DNA of 64,000 nucleotides from Spironucleus salmonicida (lineage: Eukaryota), in assembly GCF_000497125.1 (NCBI RefSeq), contig NC_090596.1, forward strand, positions 1,178,001-1,242,000, read 5' to 3'. The notes beneath the pieces were generated by a model that was not told the origin of the DNA, did no database searches, and saw only the letters and a program-made list of their open reading frames with translations. The translations under genes were made by a program, and so were the position numbers. Below, one piece after another: positions 11,576 through 24,466 of the stretch; within the stretch, counting starts at the first letter, position 1, and each line of letters starts with the position of its first letter.

Positions 11576-12850
11576 ATGGAGCCCACGGTCCCCCCGCCGT
11601 CCTGGCCGGCTTGGCGCATCCTCGCGGCCACGCTGCCCCTCTTCGGCATCAGCTTCTGCTTCGAGCTCTACGCCGTGCTCAACCAGCCCTACCTCGCCGA
11701 GCTGCACCTCAGCCCGCAGGCGTCCGCGCTCTGCCAGGGCCTCGGCCAGGCGTGCGCCTTCGTCACGCAGCCGCTCGCCGGCTACTGCATGGACCGCTCC
11801 CCCAGCCGGCACGGGCCCCGGCGCGTCTGCCTGGCCGTGGGCGCCGCCCTGACCGCGGTGTCGCAGCTGTGGTGCGGGTTCGCGAGTCGGGTGGCGGACG
11901 CCTTCTTCGCCCCTGGGAGCGCGCCACATGCGACCTTCGTGCTGGCATGGGCCGTGCTGGGGGTCGCGCTCTTCAACATCGCCGTGAACGTGGAGTTCGT
12001 GGCCCTGCGCGCGCTGGTGCTGGCCAACCTCCCGGAGCACCTGCAGGCGGCGGGGGCGGCGGCGCAGGTCCTGATGCTGGGCCTGGCGAACGCGGCGTGC
12101 GGCCTCATCATGCTGGGGCTGGACCTCCACGCGCAGACCGGGCGCTGGGCCGAGCTGTACCCCGTGGTGGCCCCCATCGCCTGCATGGCGACCGTGCTCA
12201 GCGCGCACCCGGCGCTCGTGTTCGTGGAGGACCCGCCCGCCGCGGCCCCGGAGCCCCCGAGGAACGCCGCAAGCCACCTCTGGGCCGAGCTGCGGGCGAT
12301 GGAGCGGCGGCTCTGGTGGGCTATGCTGGCGCTCTTCCTCGGCTGGCTGGCCTTCACGCCGTCGCAGCAGTTCGCCGGCACGGTGCACTCCATCCGGGTC
12401 ACCACCGAGGGCACGCTGGTGATGAGCGCTGCAACCGTCCTGTCCGCCCCGCTCATCCCGGCGCTCCTCCGCAAGGTCGGCGGGAGCTGGACGCAGGTCG
12501 GCTGCGCCGTGATCGCCTTGCTCGCGCAGGCTCTGCTGCTGGGCGGCGTGTTCGCCCCGGCGCTGCGCTCCCAGACAGCGGTGGTGCTCTGCCTGGGGCT
12601 GCTAGGCCCTCTGAACGCCGCCCTGAACTCCGTGCACCTGGTCGCGATCGGCACGCTGGCGCCGCGCGGCTCCCGCGGGCTCTACGCGGGGTTCTTCAAC
12701 TGCGCGGTCGTGGCGGCCCAGGCGGTGGACGCGGGCCTCATCGCCGCCCTCCGCGCCTGGTGCGGCCCCCCGGCGTCGGTCTACGTGGGCTTCGCGTTCG
12801 CGCTGCTGCTGGTCCCGGCCGCGCTCCTGGCGGCGCGGAAGAGTGAGTGA
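11576..12850 (+). CDS. Second SUT/SLC45-like MFS transporter, tandem paralogue, 424 aa
   Basis: QPLAGYCMDRSPSRHGPRR, SQLWCGFA and GLYAGFFNCAVVAAQAVD are colinear with the upstream MFS. Confidence 0.85.
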   Translation: MEPTVPPPSWPAWRILAATLPLFGISFCFELYAVLNQPYLAELHLSPQASALCQGLGQACAFVTQPLAGYCMDRSPSRHGPRRVCLAVGAALTAVSQLWCGFASRVADAFFAPGSAPHATFVLAWAVLGVALFNIAVNVEFVALRALVLANLPEHLQAAGAAAQVLMLGLANAACGLIMLGLDLHAQTGRWAELYPVVAPIACMATVLSAHPALVFVEDPPAAAPEPPRNAASHLWAELRAMERRLWWAMLALFLGWLAFTPSQQFAGTVHSIRVTTEGTLVMSAATVLSAPLIPALLRKVGGSWTQVGCAVIALLAQALLLGGVFAPALRSQTAVVLCLGLLGPLNAALNSVHLVAIGTLAPRGSRGLYAGFFNCAVVAAQAVDAGLIAALRAWCGPPASVYVGFAFALLLVPAALLAARKSE

Positions 12851-12855
12851 AAACG

Positions 12856-13125
12856 TCACTGGCGCGCTCCCCGCATCTGCCGCGCGATCTCGGGCTCCGG
12901 GCCCCTCGCGCTCCCAACAGGCGCGTAGCGCAGCCCCATCCGGTTCCACAGCGGCCAGTCGGGCACCACGAGCCCCGCCACCAGCAGCACCCCGAGCCCG
13001 TGCGTGTAGAGCACCACCTGGACGCTCTGCAGCAGCAGCGCCGCCAGAACCGACACCGCTGCGACCACCGCCAGGCCCCCGTACAGCACGAAGTAGATCT
13101 GCAGCTGCCCCCGCATGTCTACCAT
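12856..13125 (-). CDS. SPCS1: Signal peptidase complex subunit SPC12/SPCS1-like, 89 aa
   Basis: MVDMRGQ, two TM helices, then VVPDWPLWNRMGLRY, the family pattern D.xGQ...PxWPxxxRxxLxW. Confidence 0.8.
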   Translation of the reverse strand: MVDMRGQLQIYFVLYGGLAVVAAVSVLAALLLQSVQVVLYTHGLGVLLVAGLVVPDWPLWNRMGLRYAPVGSARGPEPEIARQMRGARQ

Positions 13126-13153
13126 TTTGGAGTGGAAAACGCCGGTCCTCACA

Positions 13154-13660
13154 TCAGGCCCCCTCGGCCTCCAGGCGCTCCTCCGCCACCTCCGTGAAGG
13201 GCTCCGAAATCGCTCCGAACTGGTCAGTCTGCTAGCGCTGCGCGGCGCCCTGGCCGCTGGCGGCCCTCTGCGCCTCGTCCTTCCGCTTGCGCGCGTTGAT
13301 GATGTTCTGGATCTGGGTCAGTTTGAAGTCGAGCGCCGAGTTCTCGTGCCCTTTGACACGCAGCGCCTCGGCGGCGTTTCTGGCGTTTTCGAGCTCGGTT
13401 TTGAGCGCCGAATTCTCCCGTTCCAGCTGCTCGATTTCCCCAGCATTTAGCTGGATCTGATCCACCTTCTGCGCGCAGCTCGGGCAGGTCTGCAGTTTCA
13501 GGTAGTTCTTGAGGTCGTTAAGCTCCTTATCGCTGAACTCCACCTGGGCCCTCATCTGCTACATTTTGGCCTTCGCCTCATTCAAAGTCTCCTGGAGGCT
13601 GAAAACGTCGAGGTTTGGCGGCATGACGCTCGATATGTTCATATCTGAATAATCTGCCAT
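13154..13660 (-). CDS. Coiled-coil protein with CxxC, 168 aa; paralogue of the C-terminal third of the ankyrin protein at 24467
   Basis: ATG 13660 to TGA 13154 in frame with TAG=Gln; LQETLNEAKAKM...CPSC...LDFKLTQIQNII; last ~36 codons lie in the repeat arm. Confidence 0.75.
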
Positions 13661-13819
13661 TAGTAAAAATTGATATTGCGGTAATATTAATGTATAATAA
13701 TTGCCTAATAGAATTTGGGTTTCTGAATTTTAGTTTTAGGATTTAAGATTTTTTATTTGTGTAATAATATACTATGAAACTAATGTTAAAAATAACTAAA
13801 TTTAAAATAAAGTATTCAT

Positions 13820-14227
13820 TCAATTTTCGAAATACACAAATTCAGGGCTTTCAAACACTACCAGGCTCAGGTTATCTGTATCGTAAATCTTTTTACATAC
13901 CTAGCTCTATATGTGGCTAATCTTGTTTTTGATTTGGCTGATGCTTAGGTAATAAAATCTGCTCTAAATCGTGGACCAATCGCCTTGATTTGCTAGCCTC
14001 AATAACTCTTACTTCTCTTCATCTGACCATTTGTGTCTGTTGTTCAAAACACAGTTTTCTTTTACTCTAGTAGTGTAAAAATCAAAGCATTATCGTTGGG
14101 TTTTAGTTTTTATTTGATCGGAAATTAGAGACCAGCATACTTTTTTTGAGTGCTAAGTATGTTATTCTAGCAGTAACAGCAGCTTCTGTTATTCTTCATA
14201 GCTCCACTTTTGGTACTATCTCTTCAT
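13820..14227 (-). CDS. Two-repeat Myb protein, 135 aa (absent from ORF track)
   Basis: MKRQYQKWSYEEQQKLL...VCWSLISDQIKTKTQRQCFDFY...HKWSDEEKQELL...DWSTIQ...QIKNKI, ending TGA. Confidence 0.88.
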
Positions 14228-16212
14228 TAAGGAGAGAGGTGAAAATAATTAAAAATTTATAATTATAATTATAAATAGAATTGTATACATATTTATTAAA
14301 TATGTTAGGGAAAATAATGTGAATACTTTGTATATAGTATAAGGAATATAATTATTTCAAATAATTTGAGTATTTTATTAATCTAGATTTTATGGTATAC
14401 ATTAATATATACAAGGTATCGTAATTTATAATTTTTAGTGATTATTTTGTATGTGCTGAATTTTACATAAATATGGTAATACCAATAATAATTATTAATA
14501 TTATTAATAATTATTAGAGAAAGAAACTACTAATTGATAGATACTGATAAAATTCATATCCCTAGCTTCTATATAATTAAATCTGATAGTAGTAAATATA
14601 AGAACTAAAATAATATACTTTCAGTAAATAATATAACCTAGTTTACGAAAAAGAATCATATTATTGATATTTAAATATAAATATATTATATTTATTTTAT
14701 AATACAGCTTATAATATAATGTTAACGATACATACCTCATTATTTTAGCTTTATTCCTACACAAAATATTTCCTTAAATATTCATTTAGGTAATGGTCTA
14801 TATACATCTAATATTCTAACATCTAGTTTATAGAGCTAATAAACATAGCATTGATCCTAATTTTATTTCAATATATTAATCAGATTACTGGTTCTTGATA
14901 TCGTTAATCAATTATTTTAGATCATCTAAATAAAATTTTGTTAAATCAGATAATAGGATATGAGCATATTTTTATTTGTTCAAATAATATACCTAGTGAA
15001 ATTTTTATTATAGATTACCTTTAAATCCTTACTAAACTTGTTATTAAAGTCAAATTAAATTTCACTAATAACTGTATAAGCATTTACAGATTTTCTTGCA
15101 AAAAATTTACATCGGTTTTCATTCTAGTTAAATATTAAACATTGCTTTCTTTAATGCAATATAATCAAATTTAAATTCTCATAATTTAATAGAACCCTTG
15201 AACAAAATACATTTCTTTAATTGAATTTTTTATTATTTTACAATTAATTATAATTTGATATGAACAGTAATATACCCAGTAGCATGATATTTATATCCTA
15301 CGTATTACAAATAATTATTTGCTGTCACTTCTATTGTGTTCTCTCATACAATAAATTTCTAAATTATACCATATACGTAATAAAATTCTAAAACATATCA
15401 TCCTATGTTTAATATTAGTGTTTTATAGAGAAAATACAATACACCCATGATGTCCTTGACAATTAATTAAACTCAACAGATAATATACCCGATAATTAAT
15501 GTTAAAACACCTATTTTCACGCCACATTGACTATTCCAAGCCATTATACGTTATTTTTGTAATACCCACAAAGTCTCTTAACGCAAACCTTAAATTTTAT
15601 CCATTCCTAACGATATACCCTCGCTTAAACACCTCCTATGCCATACAATTTCCTATCAACTAACACATTTACCCTACCTACTCTTTAAGTCGTAACCAAC
15701 ATCCCCGTTTACCGCTAAAATGCTATTCCCAGCGTTTATATATTTGACCCTCTGCCTCCCCAAGAATCGTCAAATAGCGACCGCCTGAAGTGCCAAAATT
15801 GAGCCCCGCAGACCATAAAATTTCACGCAACGCGGTAGAGGGCGGAGAGCTCTGCTAAAGAGTCTGGCTGTCTAAATTTGGGGAAAATTTGGCACAAATT
15901 TGTGCCAAAACGCGAATTTCTCCAAATTAAAACAGGAAATCTGACCGCCATGGGGCCCTGCATTTCATTCTGCCGAAGTGCAAAATGCGCGAAAAGTAGA
16001 CGGGTTCGGTCACGATTCGTGCCGTAAAAGCACTGGAAATCGACTTTGCGGCGCGCTAGTCGAAAGCTGGAGAGGGTAGTTTTTGCGCTAAGCAGAGACC
16101 TGGAAAATTCCGATTTATTTATTGTGGTTATTATATAATAATATATAAATATAAAATTATATAATATATAATATATAATATATACATAATTTATGAATAA
16201 TGATATATAATA

Positions 16213-18400
16213 ATGTACAATTAGGAATTGTAAAAATATATATAGTCAATTCTGGGCGGAATAAACCAATTGGGATTTATAGAAAAATAACAATAACAAA
16301 TAGATAAAATAATACCGTAAAACGCGTGCAGAATATAGCAGAATTAAGATATTAAAATAACAGTTAACGGTGCTGCCCTTTCTTAAAATAACAGCAAATC
16401 AAAGTTTAAGTTTTCTAAGGAACAAAGGATTGTTGAAATAAAGTAAAATGAAGGCATTAATGACCAATCTAAAATTCTCTATACCTAGAAAGTTTCTAAC
16501 CAGAATTAGAAAATTGATATCTACAAAATAAAATGCTTAAATATGCAATATTAACTAATCAATATATGTTACTATAAAAAAACGTATTTGCTTCATGACT
16601 AATAAATTTATCCTACAATTGAGATCTACAAAAATTAAGATTCTGTTTCTCTATCGGAGTAGGCTATTATATCAGAACTAGACAACATATAATAAATCGA
16701 TATTTCTTAGGCTAATTAACTTAAAACTTTACTTATAAACGTTGTTACTATTTTATTTAATTAAAATTATAGTATAGATGATGGGAAAATATTTGAATAG
16801 TATCCAATATAAGATATTAAAATTACGTTATCATACTAACAACTAAATATTCTACCAAAATTATTTTTTATCGTATTGTTAAACTATCAATTGCTTTGAT
16901 ATTGATATATTAAATTGCAAAGGGCTATTAGAAACAGGGGAATATACATAATCGTTTTTGCTTAATAAAATAGATATGGGAATATTTTGTAAAAAACTAT
17001 AACCACGCTATTTTAACTTTATAAGATAATAGAACTGCGATTATAATAAATACTTTTGTCGTAATAATAATTTTTTCTATGAAGAACAAGATTAAAATTC
17101 ATTTATTTTTATAACTATTGAATAACTAAAACTATGTAGTTATAAGACTCTAGTTTCAATCAAATGTATAAATTTCTTATAGAAAAACTTACCATTTTAA
17201 TTACAGAATATTCTTAACAGTAATAACTTTATAATATTAAGATAAATAGTAATAATATAGGTAAAGAAGCTATTGATACATTGTATTTCCCTAAAATTAT
17301 TTGTCATGATGTCTATTCATAAATAAACAAAATAAAAAATTTAAGAAAACTTAATTTATTTTAACAATAATAAAAAGAAAACATTGATAATTAACATTAT
17401 ACTGTTTATTTTTAATACGGCAATACTGATAATAATATGAAAAGAATACAACAATTAATATTAGGTGATAATACAGAATATCTTGAAGAATTATCAATCA
17501 TAAATTATAGTATAGAAGATTTATAGATTTTCTGTGTGATAAAGAAATATATAGTGATATCGTCAGTAATAGTAAAATTTCATTTTAAATATCCTGATAG
17601 TTTTTAGTTATTGTATTTGAATTAATTAAATATTACTGATTCTGTGACAACATTACCGCATTATTAATTTATAATTAGTTGCATACCAAAATGCATGAAT
17701 TTACATTCTCTTGTTTTTAAAAAATACCATAATAACCAGCAAAGTAGAATAGGCTATGTTTAATTTATTTGTAGGTTAAAAATTCTATTAAATAGAAATT
17801 TATAAAGTAAACATGTTGAAAATACCATTATTTATTTATGAAGACTAGCAATATTCCTTCATAGATATAAATAATTTGAAAATAGTAGATTCCAACCTAA
17901 GTTTTATTAAATAATTTTGTGAAAATACTACTATTAGTACTAATTTCAATGCTTGTTTAGTTTATTTAAAAAATGTTATAGGTAAAATAAATTATACAGT
18001 TAAACTATTAACATAAGTATATATAATTCAGAATTAGCCGATTTAAGTTATTTAAAATCTGAACCTTTAAATGTACGAGTATTAATCATTATCAATACAA
18101 CTATCAGTATTAAATTGGCTTCAAATGTATTTTAATTATTATACAAATCAAATTACTTAAAGGAATTAAATATTTCTTAAAAAGGATGTTAGTCTACACG
18201 TATTAAGCTTTTTATATCTTCTTCTATTTAAATTCTGCATTTAGAAAATATAATTATTGGAAAATTATAAAAATAAGACAGATTACAAATTAAAAAATTA
18301 AGTGCATATAACTTGAGTATTGATAATTAATATGTTCATATTTTTTAACAATTAGTGCAGACTAAAACAATTTTATCAATTTATTTAAATCGAATTTGAA
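16213..18400 (+). pseudogene. Very AT-rich degenerate coding region, possibly leucine-rich-repeat like
   Basis: ATG 16213 open to TGA 16899, then further open stretches across frame changes with LRR-like words (IKNLRKLNLF, YLEELSIINYSIEDL, YLKELNISQ). 3' boundary approximate. Confidence 0.35.
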
Positions 18401-20038
18401 TTGACAAAGAATTTCATTATTTAAAATAATCATGTATTGTAACATTACAGTATGATATTTTACGATAAAAATAAAAATTTAATATGAAAATAAATATTGA
18501 TAGACTTTATATATAGAAAAATGGTAGTGTATATTTTTTGGGAGCATAAGATGTAAATTAAGAAATTAATTAAAATTAACATCTAATAAATATGAATTAT
18601 GTTTAGTTACCAGATAAATTATAAACACTTATTTACCACTAAAAACCTTTATATTAATTAATAAATACAGATAAGCTTTGTTAGTAACTATATAAGTGAT
18701 TATTATTATCATTATATAATTATGTGTGAATTATTATATATTATCAGAGAGTTTATACTTTTCCATGTGAAGTAATAAATTGTAACTGCTATTAAATTAA
18801 AATTTAACAAATAGATATTATCATCAGAACATATAATTGTAACATATTAAAGTTGATATAAATAATTCATCGATTAAAAAAATGTATTCTTTTTTAGAAA
18901 AAACTACTAATGAAATAAATATATTGCTTAATTGATATTATCATTTATTTGTAATAATGTCTATAAGTATCAAATCTAACTTAAGTCTCGATATGTTATT
19001 AATATCAATAGATTTATTATTAATTTATCAGTTATTGTTGATTATTATAGTAATTAGTTGTTTTTAATTTTTAACCTATCAATAATAATGAATAGATAAT
19101 GGTTACTAATAATACATTACTAAACGTTTAATTTATGATAAAAATAAATAAATTATTATAATAGTATATTTAATTATCTAATACTATGACTATTAAACAT
19201 ATTTTTGCAATTTGTAATCTTAACATTAAATAAATATTTTGACTTAAAACTAATTTCCCTATTCATGAATTAATTTTACATTTACTATTCACAGAATTTT
19301 GACACATACACTAAATGTTAATACTGTAACATAAAAATAATACTAATTACAATAATAATTATTATTTTAAATATCATAATAATATATAGTAACTATTATA
19401 ATTTATCTGGGTTCAACAAATTATCAAAATTTACCCTATCATTAGTCATAGTTGCAAATTAGTTGATATATTAAATTTGTCGAATATCTATATTGTTCAA
19501 TATTAAGTTTAATCTTATTTTTATTGTTAATACAAATTCATTATGATAGCTTTTATACAATTAGACTCTATTAATAAAATAGAATAATATTAATATTATT
19601 GTAACAAATTATTCTCATTGTCGAATAATCATTCACTTCATATTGGTAGTCAAATAAATGTACTCTTACAATAGCTTGAAAACAATTACTACTATATGCA
19701 AACAGTCAATTACTATAATTTATTCATAAAAAGTTAAAATTACTGCTTGTAGAAAAAATAGCTATATGGACTTTATTTATATAATATAAATACGATATAA
19801 TGTTAATGGTAGAAACAAAAGTAAAGTTCATTTTATTTATAAATAATAACTTGTTTAATAAAAATTAAACAATTTTATGTATATAGTATAATAACTTAAA
19901 TATAAATGGATAGATTTTTCGGAGAATCAATTGAATGTTAAGTACAATTATTATTTTTTTTAGTATCTGTAAAATAGATATTAATTTATTTCAGGTTTAT
20001 ATTGATGATTGGCATTGTATTAAGTTAATTTATTTATA

Positions 20039-20800
20039 ATGAAAGGTTACTCGAATATTGTTATAAATGTAAAGTAGGATCGTATTGTCTATTAAACCCA
20101 CTAAAAAATTTAGTAGAATGCATGCGATGTCATCCAGATATTCCTATAGGGGCTTCTTGATAGTATCTACGCTCATCTACATTGACTGTCAATTGTGATG
20201 TCTGCGAGCCTCGCCTGAGTACCATATGTAAAAATGTATACATTCTTATTTTATGAGAGATAAAAATACCATAAATATCGAGAGAACTGCAAGACCTGCA
20301 CAGGTAAATACGATTGTTCAGCACGCTTGCAGTTATTTATTTTAAAGTAAGTACTTATAAATAATGTATAAAAATTGTCTTGGATATTTTATTGATTGAA
20401 AATGTATATCATGCAAAGTTCAACATATATAACGAATTCTAATAAATATGAATCTTGTTCTAAAAATTTTGCTACATGTAAAGGCAGCATTACATCTTGA
20501 GAATACCAGCCAGGATATTTAAGGACTTCAAAAACCTATGAACTGCATGCTCTGATAATTGTCTGCTATTCCACATTCACTAAAAATCAAAAAATTATAA
20601 GATAATATATTCCTTAAACAGCAAAACTGAATACTAATAATGCTTTTTAGGCTATAATTAACATGTAGATGAACATCATTTTACAAATACAAGAAATTTT
20701 TTCTCTTGCCACAAATGGTGAGTATAAACCGTGTACTCAATGCAAAGCTTATGAGAACTAACCTTGATACCTAAAAGTGTAAATCAAGACATATTTGAAG
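20039..20800 (+). pseudogene. Decayed cysteine-rich membrane protein (CRMP) gene fragment
   Basis: CKVGSYCLLNPLKNLVECMRCHPDIPIGAS*QY...NCDVCEP aligns with the intact CRMP N-terminus (CVQNFYCPLNPGKDQITCQKCNEDMPVGTSCQC...DCAVCEG); later ACSDNCL; in-frame TGA at 20158 and frameshifts. Confidence 0.75.
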
Positions 20801-21602
20801 TGCTATTAAGATCCAGCGTTATATTCATCCTTCATCAGCCGCGCAACGCTGTGCAACGGCAAATGCGACCGCACCGAACTCCAAAAAGCTAGCGCCGGGA
20901 AATTAAGCGAAATCCTACCACGCAACCTCCCACAATACATTCTTGAATATCAGGTAAATTAAATCACGCTCAGGGCACCCGAGTCGACCGCATACCCCGC
21001 GCTCGCTATTTTCCAAATTTTAACTGCAGGCTTTGCGCCAAAAATTAGTCCTTTTGCATCATCTCCCCTGGAAAGCACAATATGGTGTTGGAACGCTTGC
21101 GGAACTGTCACCGAAACGCTCAGCGCCGTGGACGGCATTTGCGAAAACTGCATTTTAACGACAACGCGTAAAGTGCGCGCAAGGCGCAATTGTGAAGTTT
21201 TTAGCTCGAAAATGGGCACATCGCCGCGTCGGTTGGCTGTTTGAGGCTCTAAAACGTGCAGTTTCTGCGCTGGAAACGTGTGATTTTGCGGGATATAGAC
21301 CTGGAAAATGCGCATATGTGGGACCAGGCGACGCCTGCGCCAATGGCACATTTTGAGTTATATGAGGTCGTCTGAATGGCAGCATTTTTGGCGTTATGAA
21401 TTTGGCGTTTGATGCTGAATTTACATTTTAAGGTAATCCTTTGACGCTAGGGAATAGCAGGTAAAAGGTTCATTATGGAGCTATAAATTTCACTACTGAT
21501 TTTTCTGGTGAATTACACTAGTTTAGTTTGCAAAAAACTAAATACAGATGTGCTTATGTCCATTAAATTACTGCATGACAAATAATGATAAACCCAGAAA
21601 TA

Positions 21603-23633
21603 TCACTTTCCGAATAATTTTTACTTCAATTTGTTGTAAATAAGTGCAATTCTTTTTCTTAGCGTTTAGAACATTGTAGTTCTTTCTTCGATAATGTTAC
21701 TTTTTGGCTTCTAAATGAGTGCACTAATATGATAAGATACAGTAGACTCTGATTAGCAATGACTAAGAGATTATTCATTTGCCTCTCTAATTATACTTTA
21801 TTGATCTTTTTCACTAGTCAATTCTTCTTTGTTACTATATTATATAAGCTCAGTATTATTATCAAGTGGTTACTGCACAATATCATGATTAATGTTACAT
21901 AACTTTCTTAGAAATCTTTCTTAGCTATAAACAGTATTTTTAGTCAATTCTTCTGTAAAGGTAGATCTCAAACTTTATATGTCTGATGTGCTGCTAATTT
22001 CTTCATCATATGTTTACAAGCTAATATATTACTATTCATAACTGATAGTATGGTTAGGATATTGTAGGTAATATGGTATTCTAGGTGTATAAATGTGAAT
22101 AATTGAAGGTATTTCCATTAATGCAAATTATTTATAAATCTTATTTTATTTATAAGGTATCGTAAACTTAAAACATCTAAATTTGAGCGTGAAGTCGTCA
22201 GGTGACTTATTTCTTTTTACTTTTCTTGCTTTAAACTTTTTAATTGATAATATTAGGTATTTAAATTTTGTTTTTGACTATGTAACATATATAATATATG
22301 ATAAAAGAACATATTTAGTAGCAAACTTATAGTATGATAATGTAATTTTTTATAATTACTCTCTATTTAGCTCAAGTTCCAATATTTTAGCTTATGGAAA
22401 TTTATGTCTTATTAACAGTTGGGTATATGTTGAATTATCATAGACCAGATACTTATCAGCACTTTAAGCCAAAATTCTTGGAAATGGAAAAGTTTCAGCG
22501 AAAGTCTTAATGTCACAGTCCGTATTCTCAACTTATAATGCATTGAAATTTCTTGGGTTGTATGCCTCAAACTCTGGGATTATCTGGAATATAGCACTAA
22601 TATTATCATATCCCGAAGAACGGTATGAAATAGCTATAAGTGTGTTTACTATTTTTTTACTGATTGAACCATCTTATGATACAATTTATTGCCCAGGATA
22701 TTCATCCTCAAAAACAGTCTTAAAATAGGGGACATACATTTCCCCATTGAATACTTCAATTGTCAAATTTTCTAGATCTGAGTTAGTTTTCATAACTTTA
22801 TGTGGCTTATGACTGAGACAGTTTATTATGGTAACTATCTACACCGTCGTAACTTAGTCTATTACTCCGTCAGTTGCAACAAGTATCCATTTAACTTCTT
22901 CTTATAGTATTTACTGGAAATCTGGTGTTGCAATATTATCTCTTGACTAACATTTAGTACGATGATGTCCAATAGATCTAGACATAGCAAGTTAAGACAA
23001 CAGTCGATATGGTGTTTAATAAGGCATTAAACTGCTCTTATTCTAAACGCATATACGATACCTCTCACAATATAAATTAGGTTTATGGTCAATTGATTCT
23101 ACTATGTGACCATCCTTAAGCCCTATAATAACTCTAGAATCACCAATATGATGCATTATAACTTTACCATTACGAATAACAACACCTGCTAATGTTGTTC
23201 CGGAAAATTTCTCGTGTTCATTTAAATCAGCTTCAATTTTAGATAGTGCATTAATGATTGCATTCTTGGTCTTGATCTTTGATGTTACTTTAAATTCATT
23301 AGACAAAGTTACTATATAGTGATCCTTTACATACTAGCTAGCTTATTCGCCAATATGACCATCCATGACACAAAGAAGCTAGAAATCTTATTAGCTGTAA
23401 ATAATCGTCCTATCTTCATCATATTCTCTTCAACCACAAATTTTATTAGCCTCTGCAGGATTGAATGTTGGCATAGGCTATTCTTCCGAATAATCAGATA
23501 GTTAACTATTATAAATATTGTATTATTTATTATAGTCTGGATTAAAATCATCTTATCCAATATAATCTCCACTAGATGAAAATGAAGAAAACATACTATA
23601 CATTGAATGAGAGGTAAATAAAATAACATACAT
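21603..23633 (-). CDS. PP2C/PPM phosphatase with long C-terminal extension; one internal in-frame TGA at 23430-23432
   Basis: One frame: ICG*REYDEDR, VMDGHIG, SGTTL, IGDSR, DHKP, LAMSRSIG, ILVATDGV, YDNISA; no other TGA until AAG-TGA at 21603. Confidence 0.8.
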
Positions 23634-24466
23634 TATAATATATAATTATACCCGTAAATTATATGTATACGGAGTTAAATCAGTTAAATAAGGTCTGGAT
23701 GATTTAATATATAATAATATAATTTATCAAAATTTATTTTTTAGTTACTTGCTAATGATAAAATATAAATAAATTATTAATCTTATTTTTTAACCTTGTT
23801 TATAAATTTTTATATATTTATTACTCTATGATAACTTATTAGTATATTTTTAAGTTTCTTTTTAATTACAATTTAAAAGAATTTATATCATTCGATTCTG
23901 ACATTGTTGTAGAAGTAATTTTAATACACATCCACTAACCAAAATTTTAGCTTATAAATATTAAGAATATTTAGAAGCCTGTTTAACAAATGTTGTTATT
24001 ATATATTTTATGACTTAATTTTGATATTATAAGCTTTTTTAAAATGTATGTTATTGCAGAACAATATATAGCAGATAATTTTATTTTATTAAATAATATA
24101 TTCGCTAGATATAAAAATAGCTAACCTTATTTTACCATATTAATATAGAATCAGTTAGATCAGATATATTTATTACAATAAACTAATTTTTAGGATTTAA
24201 GATATAATACAATTAATTATTACAGAAAATTTCTTTTCTATTCCCTCATTATATGATAACATTTGATTTACCTATCTAATTTTACTTCAATTGTTTATAC
24301 AACACAACAATTTTCCTATTATTATACATAATTTACTACTTAATATCTCCGCAACTTTTTAATTATGTCTTATATTCTACATATATAGATAAAACTTATA
24401 CACATTTTCATATTATTAAATTATAATATAAAATAAATGGCTTATTCGTTTTCCCCAATTTTCAAA

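Larger units (their letters stand above)
7385..13263. repeat. Left arm of ~5.9 kb GC-rich inverted segmental duplication (partner 25932-31810)
   Basis: Near-identical reverse complement of 25932-31810; matching coordinates sum to 39195 (e.g. 9114/30081, 11550/27645). Confidence 0.97.

Noticed and set aside
11525-12846. Several 280-410 aa overlapping ORFs on the MFS genes
   Set aside because: Alternative-frame artefacts with no motifs.
20959-21351. 130 aa minus-strand ORF
   Set aside because: No recognisable motif; lies in a compositional island beside pseudogene debris, so I cannot support it as a gene.
23327-23629. 100 aa track ORF as the PP2C N-terminus
   Set aside because: Different frame; the PP2C motifs REYDED and DGH lie in the frame starting at 23633.
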